From assembly GCF_003918875.1 (NCBI RefSeq), contig NW_025766990.1:434001-498000 (forward strand): 64,000 nt of DNA, written 5' to 3'. Source of the DNA: Haliotis rubra (lineage: Eukaryota). Within the stretch, counting starts at the first letter, position 1. Each line of letters starts with the position of its first letter. Below, one piece after another: positions 38,797-50,581 of this stretch. The notes beneath the pieces are model-generated. The model was not told the DNA's origin, did not search any database, and saw only the letters and a program-made list of their open reading frames with translations. A program made the translations under genes and the position numbers.

Positions 38797-39651
38797 TGGG
38801 CCACACCACCTCCCCTACGATAACAAGCCTCAACCAAGTCAACGAGCCTGACCACCCGATCCCGTTAGTCGTCTTCAATGACAAGACTGGGATCCTGAAG
38901 AGCAAGTCTGATCCGGTTCTTCATGGTAAAAATGTGGGTGAGTGAGTGGACGAATGGGGTGGAATCCAGGAATCCCTGTATGGTGCTGAAAACCTTAAAT
39001 CAATGCCAATCTGAGAATCGAACCCGTGACCTCAAAATTTGGACGCCCAGGGGAGGCAACTCTGCTCAACGAATGGGTCAAATGAGAAGACTGGAGGATC
39101 ATTGACCTCAGCGATCGCCTTCACTGTGAGCACCTGTTCGTGATGTCATCAGTTTGGTTAAACGGGACGTGGCCCATTCACTATAAGACGTAAACACTGA
39201 CGTTGTTGTGAGTAGAGAAATACCAACCTAAACCCCTGTGCTAAGAACACCGCATAAATCAGACACCCAATCAATAAGCAATTACACGAAATAAGCGCCT
39301 CAATCCCTCTTCAATTTGATTAAGCCTTCTTATTGATTTCAAAATCGACTACAACATTCAACTTAACCCAAATCCTAAACATTAGGCACTGGTCTTGTTT
39401 AATGACAGAGAAAAACACGCCCTGTTATCACTGCCAGATGACGGCCACAAAGGAACGAGGTGATGGGATCGGGGTTTTAAGTCCTGAAAGGAGAAAGAGT
39501 AAAATCGAACAAGGCATTTGTGATGTGGAACTTCCGTTATGTTGATTGTTCTTCACCTCGTATTGTGTATTAGTTGGTCCGGTCGGTTAGGGAACTAGAG
39601 TGAGTGAGTTTAGTTGTACGCCGCGGTACAACACGTAGCGCGTCCTCTTCA

Positions 39652-39895
39652 AGTGAGTGAGCATAGTTTTACGCCGCACTCAGCAATATTCCAGCTGTAT
39701 GACTGCAGTCTGTAAATAGTCGAGTCTGGACCAGACAATCCAGTGATCAACAGCATGTGCATCGATCTGCGCAACTGGGAACCGATGACATGTGTCAACC
39801 AACTCAGCGAGCTTGACCACCTGATCCCGTTAGTCGCCTCTTACGACAAGCATGGGTTACTCAAGATCAATATTCTAACCCGGACCTTCACGGGT
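39652..39895 (-). mobile_element. SINE-like family B (duplicated at 45316-45557; another at 62762-62998)
   Basis: Consensus match. Confidence 0.88.
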
Positions 39896-41925
39896 TTAGG
39901 GAAATAGAAATGAAATAGAAAATAAGAAGAAAGTAAAACTGAAAAACAATCGTGTTTTAAAGCTGTCACAAATTGGTATAGTCAGTATATGGTTAATAAA
40001 CTGAATACATGACCACTACAGTTATTGCAGAATATGCTGTAGCCCAGGCGTTAGACTAACGCAAAGTCCCTAAATATATATGATATTGATAGTAACAAAT
40101 AAACCCATTTAAATTGAAATGGAGCCCCAGTGAGTTGGGAGATCCTGAACCTGGGGAAATCTAGACTTGCTTCAATTAGAGCTTTAGCATTGCAGGGAGG
40201 GCTAGGTACTAAATAAATACCTAATAATAATGTGGTTGAGGGACTGTGAGACAGACTATACAGGCATCTGTCCAATGAGTTGGCAACGGAAACAGTTCTC
40301 TTAAAGGTACTCTTTATAACGTTTACGTAGTTGCATATTTTACTGCGCAACTGTTAATGTCTCTTTTAATAAATCATATTAACAGACTCGGAAGGATAAA
40401 ACATCCATTTCTCCCCATATTTTTAACATTCACTTAATTAAAGGTCGGCGGATCCATAACCAAAGGGATAATAAAAAGAAACTTAAACAGATGAGGAGGC
40501 AACTGTTTATGTCTCTATTAGAAAATACTTAGTAGGATTAAAATAAATACTAATTTAACTCCACATTTATTAAATAAGGGAAGTCGGATCTGTAAACCCA
40601 GGAATGATAAAGAACAAATGTAAACCAGTTTACGGTACGTCGCAATTACGCCGTTGAAAAGCTTCCTTGATGTGACATAAACATTGAAAAACACTCCAAG
40701 CTTTTGAAAATTGTTGTTATGAAAGTACACATGCATAACTTGTACGCAGTAAGACTGGCGCCAGCGTTACGTCCAAGTTAAGTATTACGATTGAGATGTC
40801 GTTATGTGGTGAAGCACGCGATGACAATTTTCATCACGCGTAGGACGGTCAATTGTCGCGCTTTTATTGACGTAAGTCAAACGTCCTGAAGAATATTTTA
40901 GTATTGGTAATGCGGTGGCTTTTAACTAGGGCATTTATACAGCTTAGAAATGCCAATAAATTATATACACAGGAATGCTTCTTAACTGAAAATGAAACTC
41001 ACTCATTGTACCTATGCGGAGACTCGAACCCGGGTCTTCGGCGTGACGAGCGAACGCTTGAATCAGTAGGCTACCCCACCGCTCCAGTTATTATTGGATA
41101 CAAGAGGTATCAATAGCGTAGTGCCACCTTCAGACGTTCGGGTTGAGTGAATGAGAATGTCTTTACGCAGCGTTTAGCAATATTCAATATCACGGCGGGG
41201 TCGCCAGAAATGGGCTTCACAGATTGTACCCATGTGGGGAATCGAACCCGAGTCTCGGTGTGACGAGCCGACGTTTTAACCATAAGGCTACCCCCGCGGC
41301 CCCACGCAAGCGTTTTGAGGTATATGTATTACGTATCAGTGTAGGTCCGTCAACCAAAAGAACCCACAACATTTATATGACCCGGCAGTCCATGTTGAGT
41401 TGAGTTTAACGCCCCTTTGGACAGTACTCCAGTTTACAACTTTGGTGAAACCCAAGAGCTGCGCACGATGCTGACAAACCTAGAAACATAATCAAGTGAT
41501 CCGGAAGTCGAACCCAGTCACTGGTTTCTTCCATGTCAAAGGGCCGCAACTCTGCCCGTTCTCCACCCTCACCTCCCTTCAGCAGTGGAGGCAGCGGTCG
41601 AAGTGGTAGTGGGGATGTGGGGATGTGGGGTAGTGGGGTGAGTGGGGATGTGGGGATGTGGGGTGAGTGGGGATGTGGGGATGTGGGGATGTGAGGATGT
41701 GGGGATGTGGGGAACGTTCAGCAGCAACATTAGATACAGCAACAACGACGAAGATGCTGATGATGTTCGCCATGTACATAGTAAATTGCTTGCTGATAGT
41801 GTGTTCCATCCCAGTCAAAGGATTAGACTGCATTCATTTGAATTCTAGCAAAGCTGGAGATACGCGGGTTCGAATCCCAAATAGTAATATTTTTCGAGGT
41901 ATTGTCTCTTGTCTGCATCATAATA

Positions 41926-42036
41926 TACTCATGCCAATAATGGTTGTCACACCCTCCCCACCCCAACCCCACCCCACCCCCACCCTCAATACAATAATAA
42001 TTTTTTAAGGGATGACAACCATTATTGGAATGAGTA
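41926..42036. mobile_element. Small TA-targeting MITE present only in duplication copy 1
   Basis: TIR TACTCATGCCAATAATGGTTGTCA / TGACAACCATTATTGGAATGAGTA; empty site at ~47727 in copy 2. Confidence 0.75.
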
Positions 42037-43947
42037 CATAATCAGTTTCAAAGGTAAACGAAACTTGCCATGAAAGCAAACGAAATGTCTTGATTCAACC
42101 TTCCATCTGAACCTACCGGTCACTGCAAAGTTAACAGATTCCACGTTAAAGTCATATGACTCAACACATCACACATTTGTAACTTGGTAGCCTCGTGGTC
42201 AAGCCGTATGCTCGTGTCGCCAAATTCTCGGGTTCGATTCCCGATACAGACACAACACATGGGTACCATTTCCGGTTTTCCTTCGCATTGCTAAAATACT
42301 CAGTCATAAGCACACTCTAATGTGCTAAAGGACTGAAGGCCAAGCTTCTTTACTTTGAAGTCGGGCTTGCTAAGCGATCCCCATTCACCTCCTCCTCGCC
42401 GCCAGCGATGCTCAACTTGATTTGTGACATGACTCCTACGCATAGACCGCGTTCCTGCACGGCAGAACAACGTCATCGGTACATGTAGTCTCAATCGTAT
42501 AAATGACGCTCCCAAAGCAATGACCCAAATAAACAAGACGACACCAGTCGTGTTTACCCGGACAAGTATAAATACGACGGCCCAGCACCTCTGATAATTA
42601 AGCTCCAATTCGGCAGACATGATTTACGACGAGGCTCCGAGGCACCCATGGTTTCGTGTAACGCTGTCGTTCGGCCAGTCCCTTGTCCAAATAATCAGCA
42701 ATAGATTCTGATTAACTGCGCTTCTTCACACTACGGAAGTACAGACAAGGACGTAGGTTCCACGTAAGCGATAGCTGACCAACAGAGATATATGTTTAAA
42801 GGGTTAATTTGTGTTGTAAATTTACGGTGATATATATATAGAAGATGGGTTCTTCGTTCTTGTCACCCATACGTTTAACGCAGTTGCTTACACCGCTATG
42901 TTCAGCCAATGAAAAAGGGCTGTTTAGCCAGGCCAAGAGCTCTTGGCTGTGATTGGTTAATACCTTACTTTTTGAGTGGGTGTTAGAATGCACATTTACG
43001 ATTGAACTTTGCCGCTAACTTGAAAGATAATCCCTACAGTACACTTAGTTCCGTATCGTTTGCCGATCTCACGGATTAATATCACCGTTCAAATGCGTAG
43101 AACTACCTTTAAATGAGGACCCAAATCCTTCTTTGGAATCAGGCTTTCATGTATTTTGTAAAATCCCCTTCCTATTTCTACAAGAGATAAACCCTGCGAT
43201 TCCAATTTAATTTTATGCCCGGATATTAAACTTTTCTTCAGTATAATCAACTGATAAACATTATCAAACTGTCTTTTTGAGTTAATGAGTTTGGTCGAAC
43301 GACGCACAATCGTAACTACTCGCCTCTTTCCGTGACCTACAAGAAGACTCGTACCTGTAATGGTACGCCATTATTATCAAGAATCGTGGCAAAACCAATC
43401 AAATCGCGCGTAGTAAAATGTGAAATGAATCAAATTGGGTCTCTTTGATTCGCGATTTCATTTAATTTATTATTTCCTTGGTTATAAAAATTATCTCGTT
43501 ACTGAGTGAGTTTAGTTTTACGCCGCACTCAGCAATATTATCTTGTTACTGATATTTGTTAACGACATACAAAACTTACTTAAAGTGACTTTCGTGTTGT
43601 ATTATAAATTAATTGGATTTTTTTCTAAGAGTGCCATGTTTGCAAATTCAGAGATATCTTTCCTTGGAAATTGGCCCAGACTATTTTTCATCTCCGTGCC
43701 CGTTTGCGCTCAGACAAGGCCCAGTCGTGAATGGTTACGAGAGGGGTACGAGACGCCATGCAGTTTGCCGGAATGACACGAGTAGTTACGAATGCAACGA
43801 CGCAGTGAACAGGATATTCGTTTAAATATTACTGCGAGTCAGTTTGGTGAAACTCGGCAGGGGCGGATGCAGCTTTTGAGAAAGGCGGGTCCACACTCTT
43901 GAGATATTAATTTTACCCGTTTTCACGAGAGTTCCATTGGTCATTTA

Positions 43948-44462
43948 ATAAACGATTTTGGAACTACTGTTTTAGTCTTTGAAATACTTGACAATGGAGT
44001 GAGTGAGTTTAGTTTTACGCCGCTTTAGCAATATTCCAGCAATATTACGGCGTGGGACACCAGAAAAGGGCTTCACACATTGTGCCCATGTGGGGAATCG
44101 AACCTGGGCCTTCGGCGTGACGAGCGAAGGCCTTAACCACTACGCTACCCCACCGCCCCACTTGACAATGGAACATATCTTAGAAGTTGTCAGGGCCTGA
44201 AAACATGTTTCTTTCTTAGAAAACTCACTCCACTAACTGGAAAGTCATGACTGAATATTTTTCTAAGACTCCAGGAAGTTTATGTTCATGATATATTAGT
44301 CATCACTTTAATGTAGCAAGTTGCAACATGTTGCATACTTTTCTGCAGTAACAACCTGGATAGGAAAATCTGAAAAATGACGCTAACCAATTTATTTAGA
44401 TGATTGTTCGTAGGTAATGAAGCAATAATCAATTATGAGATTTCAACCAATTCCCAACACTA
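43948..44462. mobile_element. 5'-truncated duplicate of the hAT MITE, with a SINE-A inserted at 43999-44159
   Basis: Matches 38457-38796; the SINE is flanked by TSD ACTTGACAATGGA. Confidence 0.85.
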
Positions 44463-47234
44463 TGGGCCACACCACCGCCCCTACGATAACATGCCTCAAC
44501 CAAGTCAGCGAGCCTGACCACCCGATCCCGTTAGTCGTCTTCAATGACAAGACTGGGATCCTGAAGAGCAAGTCTGATCCGGTTCTTCATGGTAAAAATC
44601 GAGTGAGTGGACGAATGGGGTGGAATCCAGGAATCCCTGTATGGTGCTGAAAACCTTAAACCAATGCCAATCTGAGAATCGAACCCGTGACCTCAAATTT
44701 TTGGACGACCAGGGGAGGCAACTCTGCTCAACGAATGGGTCAACTGAGAAGGCTGGAGGATCATTGACCTCAGCGCTCGCCTTCACTGTGAGCACCTGTT
44801 CGTGATGTCATCAGTTTGGTTAAACGGGACGTGGCCCATTCACTATAAGACGTAAACACTGACGTTGTTGTGAGTAGAGAAGTACCGACCTAGACCCCAG
44901 TGCTAAGAACACTGCATAAATCAGACACACAATCAATAAGCAATTACACGAAATAAGCGCCTCAATCCCTCTTCAATTTGATTAAGCCTTCTTATTGATT
45001 TCAAAATCGACTACAACATTCAACTTAACCCAAATCCTAAACATTAGGCACTGGTCTTGTTTAATGACAGAGAAAAACACGCCCTGTTATCACTGCCAGA
45101 TGACGGCCACAAAGGAACGAGGTGATGGGATCGGGGTTTTAAGTCCTGAAAGGAGAAAGAGTAAAATCGAACAAGGCATTTGTGATGTGGAACTTCCGTT
45201 ATGTTGGTTGTTCTTCACCTCGTATTGTGTATTAGTTGGTCCGGTCGGTTAGGGAATTAGAGTGAGTGAGTTTAGTTTTACGCCGCGGTACAACACGTAG
45301 CGCGTCCTCTTCAACTGAGTGAGCTTAGTTTTACGCCGCACTCAGCAATATTCCAGCTATATGACGGCGGTCTGTAAATAATCGAGTCTGGACCAGACAA
45401 TCCAGTGATCAACAGCATGTGCATCGATCTGCGCAATTGGGAACCGATGACATGTGTCAACCAACTCAGCGAGCTTGACCACCTGATCCCGTTAGTCGCC
45501 TCTTACGACAAGCATGGGTTACTCAAGATCAATATTCTAACCCGGACCTTCACGGGTTTAGGGAAATAGAAATGAAATAGAAAATAAGAAGAAAGTAAAA
45601 CTGAAAAACAATCGTGTTTTAAAGCTGTCACAAATTGGTATAGTCAGTATATGGTTAATAAACTGAATACATGACCACTACAGTTATTGCAGAATATGCT
45701 GTAGCCCAGGCGTTAGACTAACGCAAAGTCCCTAAATATATATGATATTGATAGTAACAAATAAACCCATTTAAATTGAAATGGAGCCCCAGTGAGTTGG
45801 GAGATCCTGAACCTGGGGAAATCTAGACTTGCTTCAATTAGAGCTTTAGCATTGCAGGGAGGGCTAGGTACTAAATAAATACCTAATAATAATGTGGTTG
45901 AGGGACTGTGAGACAGACTATACAGGCATCTGTCCAATGAGTTGGCAACGGAAACAGTTCTCTCAAGGTACTCTTTTATAACGTTTACGTCGTTGCATAT
46001 TTTACTGCGCAACTGTTAATGTCTCTTTTAATAAATCATATTAACAGACTCGGAAGGATAAAACATCCATTTCTCCCCATAATTTTTAACATTCACTTAA
46101 TTAAAGGTCGGCGGATCCATAACCAAAGGGATAATAAAAGAAACTTAAACAGATGAGGAGGCAACTGTTTATGTCTCTATTAAAAAATACTTAGTAGGAT
46201 TAAAATAAATACTAATTTAACTCCACATTTATTAAATAAGGGAAGTCGGATCTGTAAACCCAGGAATGATAAAGAACAAATGTAAACCAGTTTACGGTAC
46301 GTCGCAATTACGCCGTTGAAAAGCTTCCTTGATGTGACATAAACATTGAAAAACACTCCAAGCTTTTGAAAATTGTTATGAAAGTACACATGCATAACTT
46401 GTACGCAGTAAGACTGGCGCCAGCGTTACGTCCAAGTTAAGTATTACGATTGAGATGTCGTTATGTGGTGAAGCACGCGATGACAATTTTCATCACGCGT
46501 AGGACGGTCAATTGTCGCGCTTTTATTGACGTAAGTCAAACGTCCTGAAGAATATTTTAGTATTGGTAATGCGGTGGCTTTTAACTAGGGCATTTATACA
46601 GCTTAGAAATGCCAATAAATTATATACACAGGAATGCTTCTTAACTGAAAATGAAACTCACTCATTGTACCTATGCGGAGACTCGAACCCGGGTCTTCGG
46701 CGTGACGAGCGAACGCTTGAATCAGTAGGCTACCCCACCGCTCCAGTTATTATTGGATACAAGAGGTATCAATAGCGTAGTGCCACCTTCAGACGTTCGG
46801 GTTGAGTGAGTGAGAATGTCTTTTACGCAGCGTTTAGCAACATTCCATCAATATCACGTCGGGGGTCGCCAGAAATGGGCTTCACACATTGTACCCATGT
46901 GGGGAATCGAACCCGTCTTCGGTGTGACGAGCCGACGTTTTAACCAGAAGGCTACCCCCGCGGCCCCACGCAAGCGTTTTGAGGTATATGTATTACGTAT
47001 CAGTGTAGGTCCGTCAACCAAAAGAACCCACAACATTTATATGACCCGGCAGTCCATGTTGAGTTGAGTTTAACGCCCCTTTGGACAGTACTCCAGTTTA
47101 CAACTTTGGTGAAACCCAAGAGCTGCGCACGATGCTGACAAACCTAGAAACATAATCAAGTGATCCGGAAGTCGAACCCAGTCACTGGTTTCTTCCATAG
47201 TCAAAGGGGATGCAACTCTGCCCGTTCTCCAAAT

Positions 47235-47515
47235 GTGGGGATGTGGGGTCCTGGGGATGTGGGGATGTGGGGTAGTGGGGATGTGAGGATGTGGGGTAGT
47301 GGGGAGTGGGGATGTGGGAAGTGGGGTAGTGGGGATGTGGGGATGTGGGGTAGTGGGGATGTGAGGATGTGTGGGGTAGTGGGATGTGGGGATGTGGGGT
47401 ATGAGGGATGTGGGTGGGGTGTGGGATGTGGGGATGTGGGGATGTGGGATGTGGGGATGTGGTGAGTGGGGATGTGAGGATGATGTGGGGTGAGTGGGGA
47501 TGTGGGGATGTGGGG
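47235..47515 (+). repeat. (GGGGATGT)n G-rich repeat; shorter version at 41605-41712
   Basis: Directly visible; runs of GGGG. Confidence 0.9.
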
Positions 47516-48099
47516 AACATTCAGCAGCAACATTAGATACAGCAACAACGACGAAGACGCTGATGATGTTCGCCATGTACATAGTAAATTGCTTGCTGAT
47601 AGCGTGTTCCATCCCAGTCAAAGGATTAGACTACATTCATTTGAATTCTAGCAAAGCTGGAGATACGCGGGTTCGAATCCCAAATAGTAATATTTTTGGA
47701 GGTATTGTCTCTTGTCTGCATCATAATATAATCAGTTCAAAGGTAAACGAAACTTCCCCTGAAGCAAACGAAATGTCTTGATTCAAACTTCCATCTGGAC
47801 CTACCGGTCACAGCAAGGTTAACAGATTCCACGTTAAAGTCATATCGCTCATCATATCACACATTTGTAACTTGGTAGCCTAGTGGTCAAGCCGTTTGCT
47901 CGTGTCGCCAAATTCTCGGGTTCGATTCCCGATACAGACACAACACATGGGTACCATTTCCGGTTTTCCTTCGCATTGCTAAAATACTCAGTCATAAGCA
48001 CACTCTAATGTGCTAAAGGACTGAAGGCCAAGCTTCTTTACTTTGAAGTCGGGCTTGCTAAGCGATCCCCATTCACCTCCTCCTCGCCGCCAGCGATGC

Positions 48100-48278
48100 T
48101 CAACTTGATTTGTGACATGACTCCTACGCATAGACCGCATTCCTGCACGGCAGAACAACGTCATCGGTACATGTAGTCTCAATCGTATAAATGACGCTCC
48201 CAAAGCAATGACCCAAATAAACAAGACGACACCAGTCGTGTTTACCCGGACAAGTATAAATACGACGGCCCAGCACCT
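48100..48278 (-). pseudogene. Possible decayed rhodopsin-family GPCR exon (TM3 end-ICL2-TM4); paralog at ~42400-42590
   Basis: RCWAVVFILVRVNTTGVVLFIWVIALGASFIRL resembles (D)RY.AV..PL...IW.....S. It starts after AG inside the R codon, a common GPCR intron position. Confidence 0.3.
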
Positions 48279-49059
48279 CTGATAATTAGCTCCAATTCGG
48301 CAGACATGATTTACGACGAGCTCCGAGGCACCCATGGTTTCGTGTAACGCTGTCGTTCGGCCAGTCCCTTGTCCAAATAATCAGCAATATATTCTGATTA
48401 ACTGCGCTTCTTCACACTACGGAAGTACAGACAGGGACGTAGGTTCCACGTAAGCGATAGCTGACCAACAGAGATATATGTTGAAGGGTTAATTTGTGTT
48501 GTAAATTTACGGTGATATATATAGAAGATGGGTTCTTCGTTCTCGTCACCCATACGTTTAACGCAGTTGCTCACACCGCTCTGTTCAGCCAATGAAAAAG
48601 GGCTGTTTAGCCAGGCCAAGAGCTCTTGGCTGTGATTGGTTAATACCTTACTTTTTGAGTGGGTGTTAGAATGCACATTTACGATTGAACTTTGCCGCTA
48701 ACTTGAAAGATAATCCCTACAGTACACTTAGTTCCGTATTGTTTGCCGATCTTACGGATTAATATCACCATAAAAAGCGTAGAACTACCTTTAAATGAGG
48801 ACCCAAATCCTTCTTTCGAATCAGGCTTTCATGTATTGTGTAAAATCCCCTTCCTATTTCTACAAGAGATAACCCCTGAGATTCCAATTTAAGTTTATGC
48901 CCGGATATTAAACTTTTCTTCAGTATAATGAGGGTATTACCTGATACATTGATAACAATTATCGAACTGTCTTTTGAGTCAATGAGTTTGGTCGAACGAC
49001 GCACAATCGTAACTACTCGCCTCTTTCCGTGACCTACAAGAAGACTCGTACCTGTAATA

Positions 49060-50581
49060 TACTCAGCAGCAAAAACCCACGTCAGTACGAATTCAAAATT
49101 AGATAGGCACTGTAATCAAATCATTACAGAAATGGACATAATAAGCGGATCAAAAACATGTTTTGTGTACAATATCTTGACACATCAATAAATAACTCAG
49201 CACAATTTCAAGACATTACGTGAACGTTTGCAGTCCATTCAGACCCTTGACTTCAGTATCTAGTGTGACCACCACGAGCAGCAATAACTGCAGCAAAGCG
49301 TCTATGCATGGAGTGCACCAATCGGTTGATGAAGGCCATTGGCACCTGGAACCACACCCTGAGAAAGGCCTGGCGCAATAAATCGGCTGTGTTCGGCCTT
49401 GGTATGACATTATTAAGCCTCCTCTGAATTTCATCCCAAAGATGTTCAATTGGGTTTAAATCAGGACCTAAGGGCTAGCCACTGCATAGTGTTGACACCG
49501 TTCTGCTGTAGGAAGTCCCGTGTAGCTCTGGCAGAATGGACCCGGGCGTGATCAAGCTGCAAAATGTTGTTCCGGTGACGTGCGAAATGTAATATGACGT
49601 GGGGTCTGAGAGCTTGGTCGATGTAGCGCACCGCTGTGATGCCGCCTCCTCTCCCTGGACCAAGGTTCTGGAACACCACAGGACCCACTCTCTGGTTCAG
49701 GCCTATTCCACCCCATACCATGATGCTTGCACCTCCCCATGAGTCTCTTTCCATAACACATTAGTCTGAGTAACGCTGGCCACGTCGTCGCCATATTCTT
49801 GTTCTGCCATCTGCAATACCGACTCTCATCTGTGAACAGAACAGTTTTGCCTGTATCGCCAGTTTTGGTGTTGTAGGGCAAACTGTAGACGTTCACGCCG
49901 ATGACGAGGGTCGAGGCTGGGTCCAAGGTAAAGTCTACGGCAATGGAGGTTCCCACTGTTAAGACGTCGGCGTACTGTATCAGTACTGATTGGTCTTCCG
50001 TGTGTTCCCACTGTCTGGCGTGCTGTTTCGGATGCCTGCATGAAGGGGATTCTGTACATGCTGTCGCACAACATGGCGGTCTTGTCGTATTGTTGTAACC
50101 CTTGGTCTGCCAGTACGGGGCGATCATTTGTGTTGTTGGTGGCCCGGAAACGTTGCTGCAGCCTGTACATGGTCCGAACGTTGACCTGGAAGTGTTTGGT
50201 AACGGCTTGTGCAGTGTGGCCAGCTTCAAGTCTTCCTAACGCCTGGTTCCTCTGAGCTGTCGTGAGTCGCGGCATCCTGCTGACGTTGTAATGTGAATGT
50301 TTCAACCAGGTTTTGGGGTGCATTTTATAGGGCTGGTCCTTGTGAACAGCACGTGCAGCATGAGTTGCATGAAAACATGGAGAACACCGTACCATCTCCG
50401 AGGTCAGGTTGCGTTTTTGAGACCATTTCCTAGGTTCAATTCTGAGTTTGGGAAGGAATGTCTTTGCTCAGGTTAAGTTGGAGATGTTGTCAAAATATAC
50501 AATCAAAACATTAAATGAGTTTACAGTTATACGTTTCTGCGAAGAAAAATTCCAAACTGACGTTTCTTTTGCTGCTCAGTA
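49060..50581 (-). mobile_element. Tc1/mariner (Tc1-like) DNA transposon, full length but decayed
   Basis: TIRs TACTCAGCAGCAAAAACCCACGTCAGT / ACTGACGTTTCTTTTGCTGCTCAGTA with TA on both flanks. Absent from the paralogous site at ~43360. Confidence 0.92.
49253..50275 (-). pseudogene. Frameshifted Tc1-like DDE transposase
   Basis: Fragments in shifting frames: MPRLTTAQRNQALGRLEAG (HTH), VLFTDESRY, GGASIMVWGGI, ILQLDHARVH, PDLNPIEHL, and C-terminal AVIAARGGHTRY*. Confidence 0.9.

Larger units (their letters stand above)
36740..38960 (-). repeat. Right outer arm of inverted duplication
   Basis: See left arm; interrupted by SINE and MITE insertions. Confidence 0.9.
38457..43947 (+). repeat. Tandem segmental duplication, copy 1 (~5.5 kb)
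   Basis: Near-identical to 43948-51162; the paired ORFs in the track match. Confidence 0.95.

Noticed and set aside
41579-41833. Signal-peptide-like ORF with Pro/His repeats
   Set aside because: The Pro/His part is the (GGGGATGT)n repeat read antisense; no splice or promoter support.
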